Shown here one piece after another: positions 7,845-16,680 of a DNA stretch of 64,000 nt. The first letter of the stretch is position 1; every line of letters starts with the position of its first letter. The stretch covers positions 64,062 through 128,061 of the forward strand of contig CAZBEW010000002.1 of NCBI GenBank assembly GCA_964491115.1. The letters run 5' to 3'. The stretch is from an uncultured Pseudomonadales bacterium (lineage in GTDB: Bacteria > Patescibacteriota > Microgenomatia > UBA1400 > PJMF01). Made by a program: the position numbers and the translations under genes. The notes below the pieces were generated by a model. It did no database searches, was not told where the DNA came from, and saw only the letters and a list, made by a program, of their open reading frames with translations.

Positions 7845-9449
7845 ATGAAGTTTGCTAAGATATTTAATTCCAAAGTTTTGCAAAAATATTTTTTATTTGT
7901 CTTTTTACTACTGCTCCTTATTAATTTTTTAGCTCGTCTTAATTTGTTTTTCAAAATTAATTGGTTTAACGATGATTCCAGAGATTTTTTAGTGACTAGG
8001 AACATTATTTTGGACCATGATTTTAGGTGGATTGTCCCCTTTTCTGCTTATGCTGACAATGTATTGAAAAATAGTGTTTTTTATTACTATTTTTTAACTA
8101 TTTTTATGTTTTTTTCTTTTGCAAAGCCATTTTTATTTAGAATATTGTTTTTAATATTTTTCTTTTCTACTTTAGTCATATTTTCTTATCTATTTTCCAA
8201 GCTTTTCTTTACTAATAAAAAACTTCAACTATTAACAGTGCTTTTTTTCCTTTATTTTCCAAGTTTTTACTCTCGTGGTTCATACACATTTCAACCCAAT
8301 TTTGCGATACCGTTCTTGATAGCTTGTATTTATTATTTTTTTTATGCTTATAAAAAAAAGTCAATCAAGTATTTAACAATAGCCAACTTACTTTATTTAA
8401 TCAGCACACAAATTCATTATGCGCATTTGCTATTGTTTCCTTGGGTAATTGCTACCAGCTGCTATTTACAATATCGATTTAATCAGGCTAGTAAGACCAC
8501 TTCTAAACTTAAAACGATGATAGTGAGTCAGTTTAATTATCCGAGTTTAATCATCTTATTAAACCTTGGCTTTATATTTTTAAATCAAAAAATGAGCATG
8601 TATGCTAATCTTGAAGAACTATCTTTGACACAGCTTTTTGATCAATTATTTTTCAATAAAACCGATTATCTAATGACATTTTATGACAATGGTAAAGCGT
8701 TTTTTCAATTTTTATTGGGAAGTAACACGCCATGGAACTGCTTTTATTTATTTGCCCTAGGGCTAATTTTTCTTTTATTTTTTTTAAAAAAGAAAAGCTT
8801 TTATTCACTTAACTCTTTTTTTGCTTTGTTATCATCTTCGACACTGTTTTTGTTAGTAGACAAAATCGGTATTGAGACCTGGTATTTTTATCCAATTCTC
8901 ATCTTTTTATTGATATTTTCCATTAGTGTTTTGTCAACTTTAAGCAATAAACTAGCCTCCATTATTTTGATTTTTTTTCTATTCATATTTTTTGTCATCT
9001 TGTTTCCATTTACAAAAAACTCTTTCCTTGCAGAAAAGATTACTAAACATGAGTTTGTAGCCAGCATAATTTCCAGTAACATCAAGGCTAATCAAGAAGA
9101 ACAAACAGACTTTTTAATCTCCACGGTTAATAATAGTAACAATAATGAGAATGCCGCATACTGGATATTTTTAGAACAAGCATTGGGTAGAAGATTAATC
9201 AAAAATGACCCCCAAGACAACAGCTATTTTCTTTATTCTCCTGTTCATGATTATAGTGACAAGATTTATCTTATATGTGATGATTCATCTGTCGAACATG
9301 ATCTTTTAAGGGAAGATTGGTGTTTTGCAGAATTTAATCTGAGAGATTCTATAGCAGGCTATAAATTGCTTTATGCCTCAGATGAAGAAAATTTAGCAAT
9401 TTATTATTTGCTAATGAATGAAGAAATTCACAAATGGGATATTTATTGA
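7845..9449 (+). CDS. Polytopic membrane protein, probable GT-C (ArnT/PMT-like) glycosyltransferase
   Basis: First TM followed by acidic loop (WFNDDSRD), about 12 TMs, soluble C-terminal domain; very AT-rich. Confidence 0.6.
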   Translation: MKFAKIFNSKVLQKYFLFVFLLLLLINFLARLNLFFKINWFNDDSRDFLVTRNIILDHDFRWIVPFSAYADNVLKNSVFYYYFLTIFMFFSFAKPFLFRILFLIFFFSTLVIFSYLFSKLFFTNKKLQLLTVLFFLYFPSFYSRGSYTFQPNFAIPFLIACIYYFFYAYKKKSIKYLTIANLLYLISTQIHYAHLLLFPWVIATSCYLQYRFNQASKTTSKLKTMIVSQFNYPSLIILLNLGFIFLNQKMSMYANLEELSLTQLFDQLFFNKTDYLMTFYDNGKAFFQFLLGSNTPWNCFYLFALGLIFLLFFLKKKSFYSLNSFFALLSSSTLFLLVDKIGIETWYFYPILIFLLIFSISVLSTLSNKLASIILIFFLFIFFVILFPFTKNSFLAEKITKHEFVASIISSNIKANQEEQTDFLISTVNNSNNNENAAYWIFLEQALGRRLIKNDPQDNSYFLYSPVHDYSDKIYLICDDSSVEHDLLREDWCFAEFNLRDSIAGYKLLYASDEENLAIYYLLMNEEIHKWDIY

Positions 9450-9522
9450 CTTGATAATAAATGATTTTTGTTTTTCTGGTTTTTTAATGCAATCAATGTT
9501 AAAATCAAAAAGTTAGAAAAAA

Positions 9523-9596
9523 GGGCCGATAGCTCAGTTGGCTAGAGCGCTTCTATGGCATAGAAGAGGTCAGGGGTTCAAGTCCCCTTCGGTCCA
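9523..9596 (+). tRNA. tRNA-Ala(GGC)
   Basis: Acceptor GGGCCGA/TCGGTCC with G3:U70; anticodon arm CTTCT-ATGGCAT-AGAAG; GGTTCAAGTCC T-arm; CCA not encoded. Confidence 0.96.
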
Positions 9597-10103
9597 CTCA
9601 AAATCAAGATTAATCTCACTGTTTGCCTGATCTAGTTTGCCCTCAATATTAATGGTCCAAACCCCGCACTCATAAATATCGATAATGGCTTTACTTGGTC
9701 CAGCCAAGACTTGCCAGTAATTTTTGATATTTTGGCTATGAGTGACCGCTAAAATTTCTCCCTCTTCAATCTCTGGACCTAAATTTTTAAAATAATCGCT
9801 AAAATGCTTAATAATGGCTTGTTTTCCCTGAGGATTTGGCTGAATCTGCTGATCAAAGGCTAGGAATTGATCGGTAATGACTTGTAGATGCAGCTGATTG
9901 CCGATAATGGCGGCTGTTTCTTGAGTGCGTTGCAAAGGGCTAGCTAAGAGCAGAATTTTTTTGCTCTGCTCTGCTTTGTTGGTAAGTGCCAGTTTTTTGG
10001 CTAAAGCTGCTGCCTGAGTCTTGCCTAATTCAGTTAAGCTAGGATTAGGCAAAAACAATTTTTTTTCACCATGGCGGATGAGTTTAAGCTTAAGTTTTGT
10101 CAT
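9570..10103 (-). CDS. Histidine phosphatase family protein
   Basis: [28 protein letters not shown]. Confidence 0.88.
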   Translation of the reverse strand: MTKLKLKLIRHGEKKLFLPNPSLTELGKTQAAALAKKLALTNKAEQSKKILLLASPLQRTQETAAIIGNQLHLQVITDQFLAFDQQIQPNPQGKQAIIKHFSDYFKNLGPEIEEGEILAVTHSQNIKNYWQVLAGPSKAIIDIYECGVWTINIEGKLDQANSEINLDFEWTEGDLNP

Positions 10104-12813
10104 TTTCTACCAAAGTGAGGGCTACGGCCGCTATTTGATCACTGTCGTCGAGTTTCATCAAAATTACTCCCTGAGTTGGTCTAGTGAGTGTTGGAATTGA
10201 TTTTTTGCTGATCGGCATTTTAATGGCTTTGCCAGTTTTAGTGCTAATGACAATTTCATCATGTCGATCAGAAATTAGTTTGGCAGCTGCCACTGGACCA
10301 GTGCGCTTGGTAATTTCTGAAACTTTGACTCCCATGCCTGACCTTTTTTGCATAGGATACTGTTCAAGTAAAGTGCGTTTGCCCATGCCATTTTCCGTAA
10401 TAATCATCAGGCTATGTTCTTTAAAAACCTCTGGGTCATCACGAAAGACTTCGACACCGATCACATAATCGCCTGCCTTAAGAGTGATGCCTTTCACGCC
10501 TTTAGTATCGCGTTGAGAGGTCTTGACTTCTGTTTCACTAAAGCGAATTGATTTGCCGTCATGAGTAATGAGCATAATATTATCTTTGCCCGTGGTAACT
10601 TTTCCCCAGACCAATTCATCGCCTTCATTGAGAGTAATGGCCACAATTCCATTTTGGCGAATGTTGTCGTAGAGCTTGACGGCAGTTTTTTTGACTAAAC
10701 CTTTTCTGGTAGCCAAGGTGATATATTTATCTTGATCTTTTTCCGCATTAACGATCACAATGGATAACACTTTTTCCTCTGGTTTAAGATTAAGTAAATT
10801 AACAATAGCCGTGCCTTTGGCAATCCGCGTTGCTTCGGGGATTTCAAAAGCTTTCATGGTAAACACTCGGCCTTGATTGGTGAATAAAAATAATTGATCA
10901 TGAGTGGTACAGGTGACAATCGACATTAAGACATCTTCAGCTTTCATGTTGAGGCCTTTAGCCCCTTTTCCTCCGCGAGATTGAGAGCGGAAAGCATCTG
11001 GGCTCAAGCGCTTTACATAACCACTTTCAGTTAAAGTAATAACGGTATTTTCATCTGCCACTAAATCTTCTTCATTAAATTCGCCAACTCGGCCCTTAAT
11101 GACTTTGGTGCGGCGTTCGTCTCCATAAAGATCAATCATTTCCTGATTTTCTTTAAGTAGTAATTGTAAAATTTGTTGAGGCTCACTTAGTAAATGAATT
11201 AAATTGATGATAGTTTCTTGAATAGCTTTGTGCTCATCTTCAATTTTTTGTCGCTCCAAGGCTGCCAAGCGTTTCAGCTGCATTTCTAAAATGGCTGTGG
11301 CTTGTGGATCACTTAAACCAAATTTTTTCATTAAAGCTTGATGAGCAACTTCTGTATCACTACTGTTTCGAATGGTAGCAATCACCTCATCAAGGTTGGC
11401 TAAGGCAATTAATAATCCTTCAAGAATATGGGCTCGATCTCGAGCGTCTCTGAGTTCTGCTTGAGAACGACGGGTAATAATTAACTGTCGATGAACAATA
11501 TATTCTTTCAGCACCTGAAAGAGAGTCATTAATTGAGGTGTGCCTTCACTATTGAGAGCCACCATGTTGAGTGAAAAACTGCTTTGCAACTCGCTCATCT
11601 TAAATAATTTGTTTAAAACTACTTTTGGTCGAGCGTCTTTTTTTAATTCAATGGTAATTTGCATACCACTTCGGTCTGAATCATCGCGCAAATTTTTAAT
11701 ACCAAGAATTTTTTTATCTCGAACTAGATCGGCAATTTTCATGAGCAAACGAGCTTTATTAACCTGATAAGGTAACTCGGTAATGATAATTTCCATTTGC
11801 CCACGCTTGCTTTCTTCAATACTAGCTTTTCCTCGAACGACAATGCGTCCTTTGCCTGTGCGATAGGCTTCATTAATGGCTTTGGCGTCATAAATAATGC
11901 CGGCTGTGGGAAAATCTGGACCTTTGATATGAGTCATGATTTCATCGTGATCAATGTCACTCTCAAAACGACCCGCTAATTGACGAGCATCGCTGCTGAT
12001 TAAAGTGTCAATGCAGGCAGAATTTGAATTTAATTGTTTTTCATCAAGGTTGATGCTTATTTCGCTAGTGGATTTACCTTTTTCTACCATCGCTGCCACC
12101 GCATTACAGCTTTCAGTCAAGTTGTGTGGGGGGATTTTGGTGGCCATGCCCACAGCAATACCCTCAGAACCCATCAGTAAAAAATTAGGCAAGCGATTTG
12201 GTAAAACCACTGGTTCTTTTAGTGAGCCATCAAAATTATCAATAAAATCGACAGTATTTTTATTGATGTCGGCCAGTAATTCTTGAGTAATTTTTGCACT
12301 GCGAGCTTCGGTATAACGCATGGCTGCTGGACTGTCGCCATCAATGGAGCCAAAGTTACCTTGACCATCAACCAAAGGATAACGCATGTTGAAGTCTTGA
12401 GCTAAGCGGACAAGTGCCATATAAACAGCGCTATCACCGTGAGGGTGATATTTGCCCAATACATCACCAACAATTCTGGCTGATTTTTTATAGGGAGTAT
12501 TGTAATGAATGCCAGATCGATACATGGAATAAAGAATGCGGCGATGAACTGGTTTTAAACCATCTCTTACATCTGGCAGAGCTCGAGAAACAATCACACT
12601 CATGGCATAATCCAGATAAGATTTTTCCATTTCATCAACGATGTCAGTGTGTTTCAATTGACCATATTCAGTGTGTTCTATGGTGCCAAACTTACTACTG
12701 GGATCATCGCTGCCATTGTTGTTATTGGCAATATTGTCGTCATTGGCGACATCGTCATGGCTAGTTGAACTAGTAATTTCTGGATTTTTTTCTGCTGCTG
12801 TTTCTTCTGACAT
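10090..12813 (-). CDS. gyrA: DNA gyrase subunit A
   Basis: [27 protein letters not shown], GyrA-box QSRGGKG, beta-pinwheel repeats. Confidence 0.98.
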   Translation of the reverse strand: MSEETAAEKNPEITSSTSHDDVANDDNIANNNNGSDDPSSKFGTIEHTEYGQLKHTDIVDEMEKSYLDYAMSVIVSRALPDVRDGLKPVHRRILYSMYRSGIHYNTPYKKSARIVGDVLGKYHPHGDSAVYMALVRLAQDFNMRYPLVDGQGNFGSIDGDSPAAMRYTEARSAKITQELLADINKNTVDFIDNFDGSLKEPVVLPNRLPNFLLMGSEGIAVGMATKIPPHNLTESCNAVAAMVEKGKSTSEISINLDEKQLNSNSACIDTLISSDARQLAGRFESDIDHDEIMTHIKGPDFPTAGIIYDAKAINEAYRTGKGRIVVRGKASIEESKRGQMEIIITELPYQVNKARLLMKIADLVRDKKILGIKNLRDDSDRSGMQITIELKKDARPKVVLNKLFKMSELQSSFSLNMVALNSEGTPQLMTLFQVLKEYIVHRQLIITRRSQAELRDARDRAHILEGLLIALANLDEVIATIRNSSDTEVAHQALMKKFGLSDPQATAILEMQLKRLAALERQKIEDEHKAIQETIINLIHLLSEPQQILQLLLKENQEMIDLYGDERRTKVIKGRVGEFNEEDLVADENTVITLTESGYVKRLSPDAFRSQSRGGKGAKGLNMKAEDVLMSIVTCTTHDQLFLFTNQGRVFTMKAFEIPEATRIAKGTAIVNLLNLKPEEKVLSIVIVNAEKDQDKYITLATRKGLVKKTAVKLYDNIRQNGIVAITLNEGDELVWGKVTTGKDNIMLITHDGKSIRFSETEVKTSQRDTKGVKGITLKAGDYVIGVEVFRDDPEVFKEHSLMIITENGMGKRTLLEQYPMQKRSGMGVKVSEITKRTGPVAAAKLISDRHDEIVISTKTGKAIKMPISKKSIPTLTRPTQGVILMKLDDSDQIAAVALTLVENDKT

Positions 12814-12834
12814 GTTGTTTACTCTTTTGATATC

Positions 12835-13788
12835 TTACTTATTATTTTGTATAGCTTTTTCTAAAGCCGGAGCAATATCTTTTTTTCTTGACAGTTTGGG
12901 TCCAATATCGATAATCTGATCCAGCGCAGTCTCAGCAAAAGCTAATTCAGCCAGTTTTTGTTCGACAGGAGAAAGTAATAAAATTTTGCTATTGCTAGCC
13001 AAGATATCGGATACAACGACAAAGATTAAATCGACTTGTAGATCGCTTTTAACCTTAGCCATTGCTTCTAATAAACAGGCTTTTTTTTCACTAATAATTT
13101 TTGCTTGCTCAACAGTTTCTAATTGATCTATCAATACTTTTTTTCCAGAAAATTCAAAAATTTTATAGTCATTTTTTACCATTTCTTCACAAGTCATCTG
13201 ACCAAGATCTGATTTAGCTTTAAAAATTTCTAAAGTTAAGGCAGATAAATCACTCACAGCAGCGATATCAGCCAACTCTTTGGCTGTTTCAATATCTTGC
13301 TGGGTGCAAGTGCTCGATTTAAAACCAACGGTATCAGAAAGAATAGCCGAGAGCATTAAACCAGCTAGCTTAGGATTGGGCCTAAACTGGTATTTTTTCA
13401 TCAAATGATAAACGATGGTGCTGGAAGAACCCCAGGGTTTAAAAGTTAAGAAAATTGCTTGGTTAAGAGACAAATTGACCTTGTGGTGATCAACAATTTC
13501 TACAATTTGCTCTTGATTCATGCCATCAAGTCGCTGATCCATTTCATTGTGATCAACCAAAACAATCTGATCTTGTGGATCAATGTCGCTGGCCTTAATG
13601 ACTGGCGGCGCAGTTGCGCCAAATTTTTCTAGTAAAAAGGCAGTTTCATTATTAACTGGATCACTGATGACCGCGGTCGCCGCTGGACGAGAAAAACTAG
13701 GAGTCTGTTGATAAAATTCAGCCAAAGCCATGGCTGACACAACAGCATCTGTATCTGGTTTTAGATGGCCGATGATGTAAGTTTTCAT
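12835..13788 (-). CDS. ppaC: Mn-dependent (family II, DHH) inorganic pyrophosphatase
   Basis: GHLKPDTD, LVDHNE, IVDHH, AILSDT, SRKK. Confidence 0.95.
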   Translation of the reverse strand: MKTYIIGHLKPDTDAVVSAMALAEFYQQTPSFSRPAATAVISDPVNNETAFLLEKFGATAPPVIKASDIDPQDQIVLVDHNEMDQRLDGMNQEQIVEIVDHHKVNLSLNQAIFLTFKPWGSSSTIVYHLMKKYQFRPNPKLAGLMLSAILSDTVGFKSSTCTQQDIETAKELADIAAVSDLSALTLEIFKAKSDLGQMTCEEMVKNDYKIFEFSGKKVLIDQLETVEQAKIISEKKACLLEAMAKVKSDLQVDLIFVVVSDILASNSKILLLSPVEQKLAELAFAETALDQIIDIGPKLSRKKDIAPALEKAIQNNK

Positions 13789-13795
13789 AAGATCC

Positions 13796-15853
13796 TTATA
13801 TATCTAATTTGGCTAATTTAGCGCGACCCTGAATAAATTTTTTACGAGGAGCAACTTCATCACCCATTAGCACTTCAAAAGTGCTGTCGGCCTTGATTGC
13901 GTCCTCAACATCGATTTTTTTAAGTACTCTGGTGGCCGGATTCATGGTGGTGTTCCAGAGTTGTTCTGGATTCATTTCTCCCAAACCTTTGTAGCGTTGG
14001 ATATTAATTTTGGCATTGGGATTTTTAGCAGAAATTTTTTGCACTTCACTATCTCGCTCTTCTTCACCATAAACATAGATTTCTTCTTTGTTATAAGTAA
14101 TTTTAAAGAGTGGTGGCATGGCCACATATAAATAGCCTTTTTCTATTAATTCTGGCAAATGGCGGAAGAAAAAAGTTAAGCCTAAAGTGGTAATATGTTC
14201 ACCATCAACGTCAGCATCGTTCATCAAAATAATGCGATGATAGCGCAATTTTTCCTGATCAAAGCTTTCGCCAATGCCACAACCGAGGGCAATCACTAGG
14301 TTTTTTAAGTCGTCGCTAGACACAATGCGGTCCAGCCGGGCGCGCTCAGTGTTGAGGATTTTTCCGCGCAGAGGAAAAATTGCTTGAAAACGCCGATCGC
14401 GGCCTTGTTTGGCACTGCCACCAGCACTATCTCCCTCAACAATATAGATTTCACTTTCTTCTGGTCGATTGGATTGACAATCAGCCAATTTTCCAGGCAA
14501 AGACATGCCTTCAAGCAAACCCTTGCGGATGACAGCGTCTTTGGCTGCGCGAGCCGCCAGGCGAGCGCGAGCAGAGATTAAGACTTTTTCAACGATAATT
14601 TTGCCAACTTTTGGATGTTCTTCTAAATAAGTGTCAAAATGTTTCTTAAAAACTCGATAAACGGCAGACTGAGCTTCGGCGTTATTTAGTTTAGCTTTTG
14701 TTTGTGATTCAAATTGCAAATCATTAGATGGCATTTTCACAAACACGACGGCAGTTAAACCTTCTTTAAGATCTTCTGAGTTGAAGTTTTCTTTTTCTTT
14801 GATTAAACCATTTTTCTCTGCATAATCGCGAATCACTCGGCCTAGGGCGAGACGAAAACCTTGAACGTGGGTTCCTCCATCTGGTGTATTAATGACATTG
14901 ACATAACTTTCGACATGTTCTTTGTAAGAATCGTTGTATTGGAGTGCGACTTCAATACCAATTTCTTTTTTTGTTTCTTCATCAGCCCATTGATCACTAA
15001 AATAAAAAACCCGATGTAAGGATTTTTTTGACATATTAATGTGTTCAACTAGAGAACGAATGCCGCCTTCAAAATAAAAATGTTGTTCAAGATTATTAAC
15101 TCGATCAAAAAGTTGAAAATAGATGCCTGCCATTAAATAGGCTCGATCTTTGACAATTTCAATAATGCTTTTGTGTTGATAACTAGCTTGTTTAAAAATC
15201 AGTGGATCAGAAATAAATTGCACCATGGTCCCACTTTCATAAGTAACAAAGTCTCGACTTTGTTGGGGAAATTTAGCAATGAGTTCTGTTTCACTGATTT
15301 CAGCCACTGGAGCCGCTGGAATTCCTCGAGAATGATATTGATAATAGTATTTATTGTTGCGTTTAACTGCTACCTGGATTAAGCAGGATAAGGCGTTGAC
15401 TGCACTTAAACCAATACCGTGCAAACCACCGGACACTTTGTAGGCTTTACTTTCAAATTTGCCTCCCGCGTGTAATTTAGTCATGACGACTTCCATGGCT
15501 GAAACTCCAGATTCGTGTTGGGCAACTGGAATACCACGACCATTGTCAACGACGGTGATTGTTTCTTCACCAATGATTTTCTCGGAGGCAGGAATTTTTT
15601 TATTGGCTTTGTGAGCCAGGAATAAATCTCGATGTAAGTCGGTAGCTTGATCACGGAACAGTTGAATAGTTTGACCAAAGCCAGCAATGGCCTCATCGAC
15701 TGAGTTGTCTAGAATTTCTTTAACCAAATGATGAAGACCCTTGGCATCAGTTGAGCCAATATACATTCCAGGACGTTTTCTGACTGGTTCTAGGCCCTCT
15801 AGGACTCGAATTTGTTCTGCTTGGTAGTTGTTGACGTCTATCTGACTTGCCAT
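13796..15853 (-). CDS. gyrB: DNA gyrase subunit B (start likely ATG 15853, MASQ)
   Basis: LEGLEPVRKRPGMYIG, DNSVDE, GGLHG, VEGDSAGGSAK, PLRGKILN, DADVDG, RYKGLGEMN. Confidence 0.98.
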   Translation of the reverse strand: MASQIDVNNYQAEQIRVLEGLEPVRKRPGMYIGSTDAKGLHHLVKEILDNSVDEAIAGFGQTIQLFRDQATDLHRDLFLAHKANKKIPASEKIIGEETITVVDNGRGIPVAQHESGVSAMEVVMTKLHAGGKFESKAYKVSGGLHGIGLSAVNALSCLIQVAVKRNNKYYYQYHSRGIPAAPVAEISETELIAKFPQQSRDFVTYESGTMVQFISDPLIFKQASYQHKSIIEIVKDRAYLMAGIYFQLFDRVNNLEQHFYFEGGIRSLVEHINMSKKSLHRVFYFSDQWADEETKKEIGIEVALQYNDSYKEHVESYVNVINTPDGGTHVQGFRLALGRVIRDYAEKNGLIKEKENFNSEDLKEGLTAVVFVKMPSNDLQFESQTKAKLNNAEAQSAVYRVFKKHFDTYLEEHPKVGKIIVEKVLISARARLAARAAKDAVIRKGLLEGMSLPGKLADCQSNRPEESEIYIVEGDSAGGSAKQGRDRRFQAIFPLRGKILNTERARLDRIVSSDDLKNLVIALGCGIGESFDQEKLRYHRIILMNDADVDGEHITTLGLTFFFRHLPELIEKGYLYVAMPPLFKITYNKEEIYVYGEEERDSEVQKISAKNPNAKINIQRYKGLGEMNPEQLWNTTMNPATRVLKKIDVEDAIKADSTFEVLMGDEVAPRKKFIQGRAKLAKLDI

Positions 15854-15990
15854 AAGATCTTTATTTGTACCACATCTATTATATAAAATAAAGCTCAAAA
15901 AGCATGTTTGAATCGAAAAAAGCCGATTTTGGGCGTTCTAAGCGCTAATTTTTCTAAGACTCCAGGCTAAATAGTCTGGTATTTAGTGGA

Positions 15991-16650
15991 TTAATCAGCT
16001 GTGAGAAAGCAATGCTCCAATGTTAAGCGCACATTGGCATTGGCTTCTAAATCTAAATAAGCGCGACTTAAGGCTTTTTTTTGCCGATAGCTGATTTTTT
16101 GTTTAAGCAAATTCTGGATTAATTCTTTGGCTGCTTCCCGATCTTTGTGTTGCTCAACCAGCGTAAAGATGGCTGTTGGCTCGTTGGGCCAGCTAGTTTC
16201 TGCAATTTTTGCTTGTTTTTGGCTCTGTTGACTGTCAATCTGACAATAATTACAGCGCGAACTGATAGTGCTTAATAAGCGATTGTCGCTGATGACGGGC
16301 AAGATAATTAAGGTATTTGGTGGTGGTTCTTCGATTAATTTTAACAAGGCGTTTTGTGCTTCCAAACTAGCGCTGGTGAAATTAAGCAAAACAATGACTC
16401 TCAACCCCTGTTTGTCCCAATTGGCATATTGAGTTTCTCTAATAATTTCTCTGACTAATTCAATTTTAAAATTAGCTAACTGAGTGTTGTACCAGAGTAT
16501 TTGCTCTTTTTTAATGCTTGCTTGCAGTTCTTTATTTTGTAGGTGTTTGAGAACTAATTCTTGAATATCTGCCAATTTAGCGTCATTGTCCCGATTTATC
16601 TCTGTAAATTTAGCTAAATATAAAATTTCGCTTATATAAAATTTTGACAT
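15991..16650 (-). CDS. holB: DNA polymerase III delta-prime-like subunit (short form)
   Basis: AQNALLKLIEEPP, LLSTISSRC. Confidence 0.78.
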   Translation of the reverse strand: MSKFYISEILYLAKFTEINRDNDAKLADIQELVLKHLQNKELQASIKKEQILWYNTQLANFKIELVREIIRETQYANWDKQGLRVIVLLNFTSASLEAQNALLKLIEEPPPNTLIILPVISDNRLLSTISSRCNYCQIDSQQSQKQAKIAETSWPNEPTAIFTLVEQHKDREAAKELIQNLLKQKISYRQKKALSRAYLDLEANANVRLTLEHCFLTAD

Positions 16651-16680
16651 TTTATGGCATTATAAAAGGAGTAAGTGATT

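Noticed and set aside
11959-12084. Intein in GyrA
   Set aside because: Too short and lacks the C/S start and HN end
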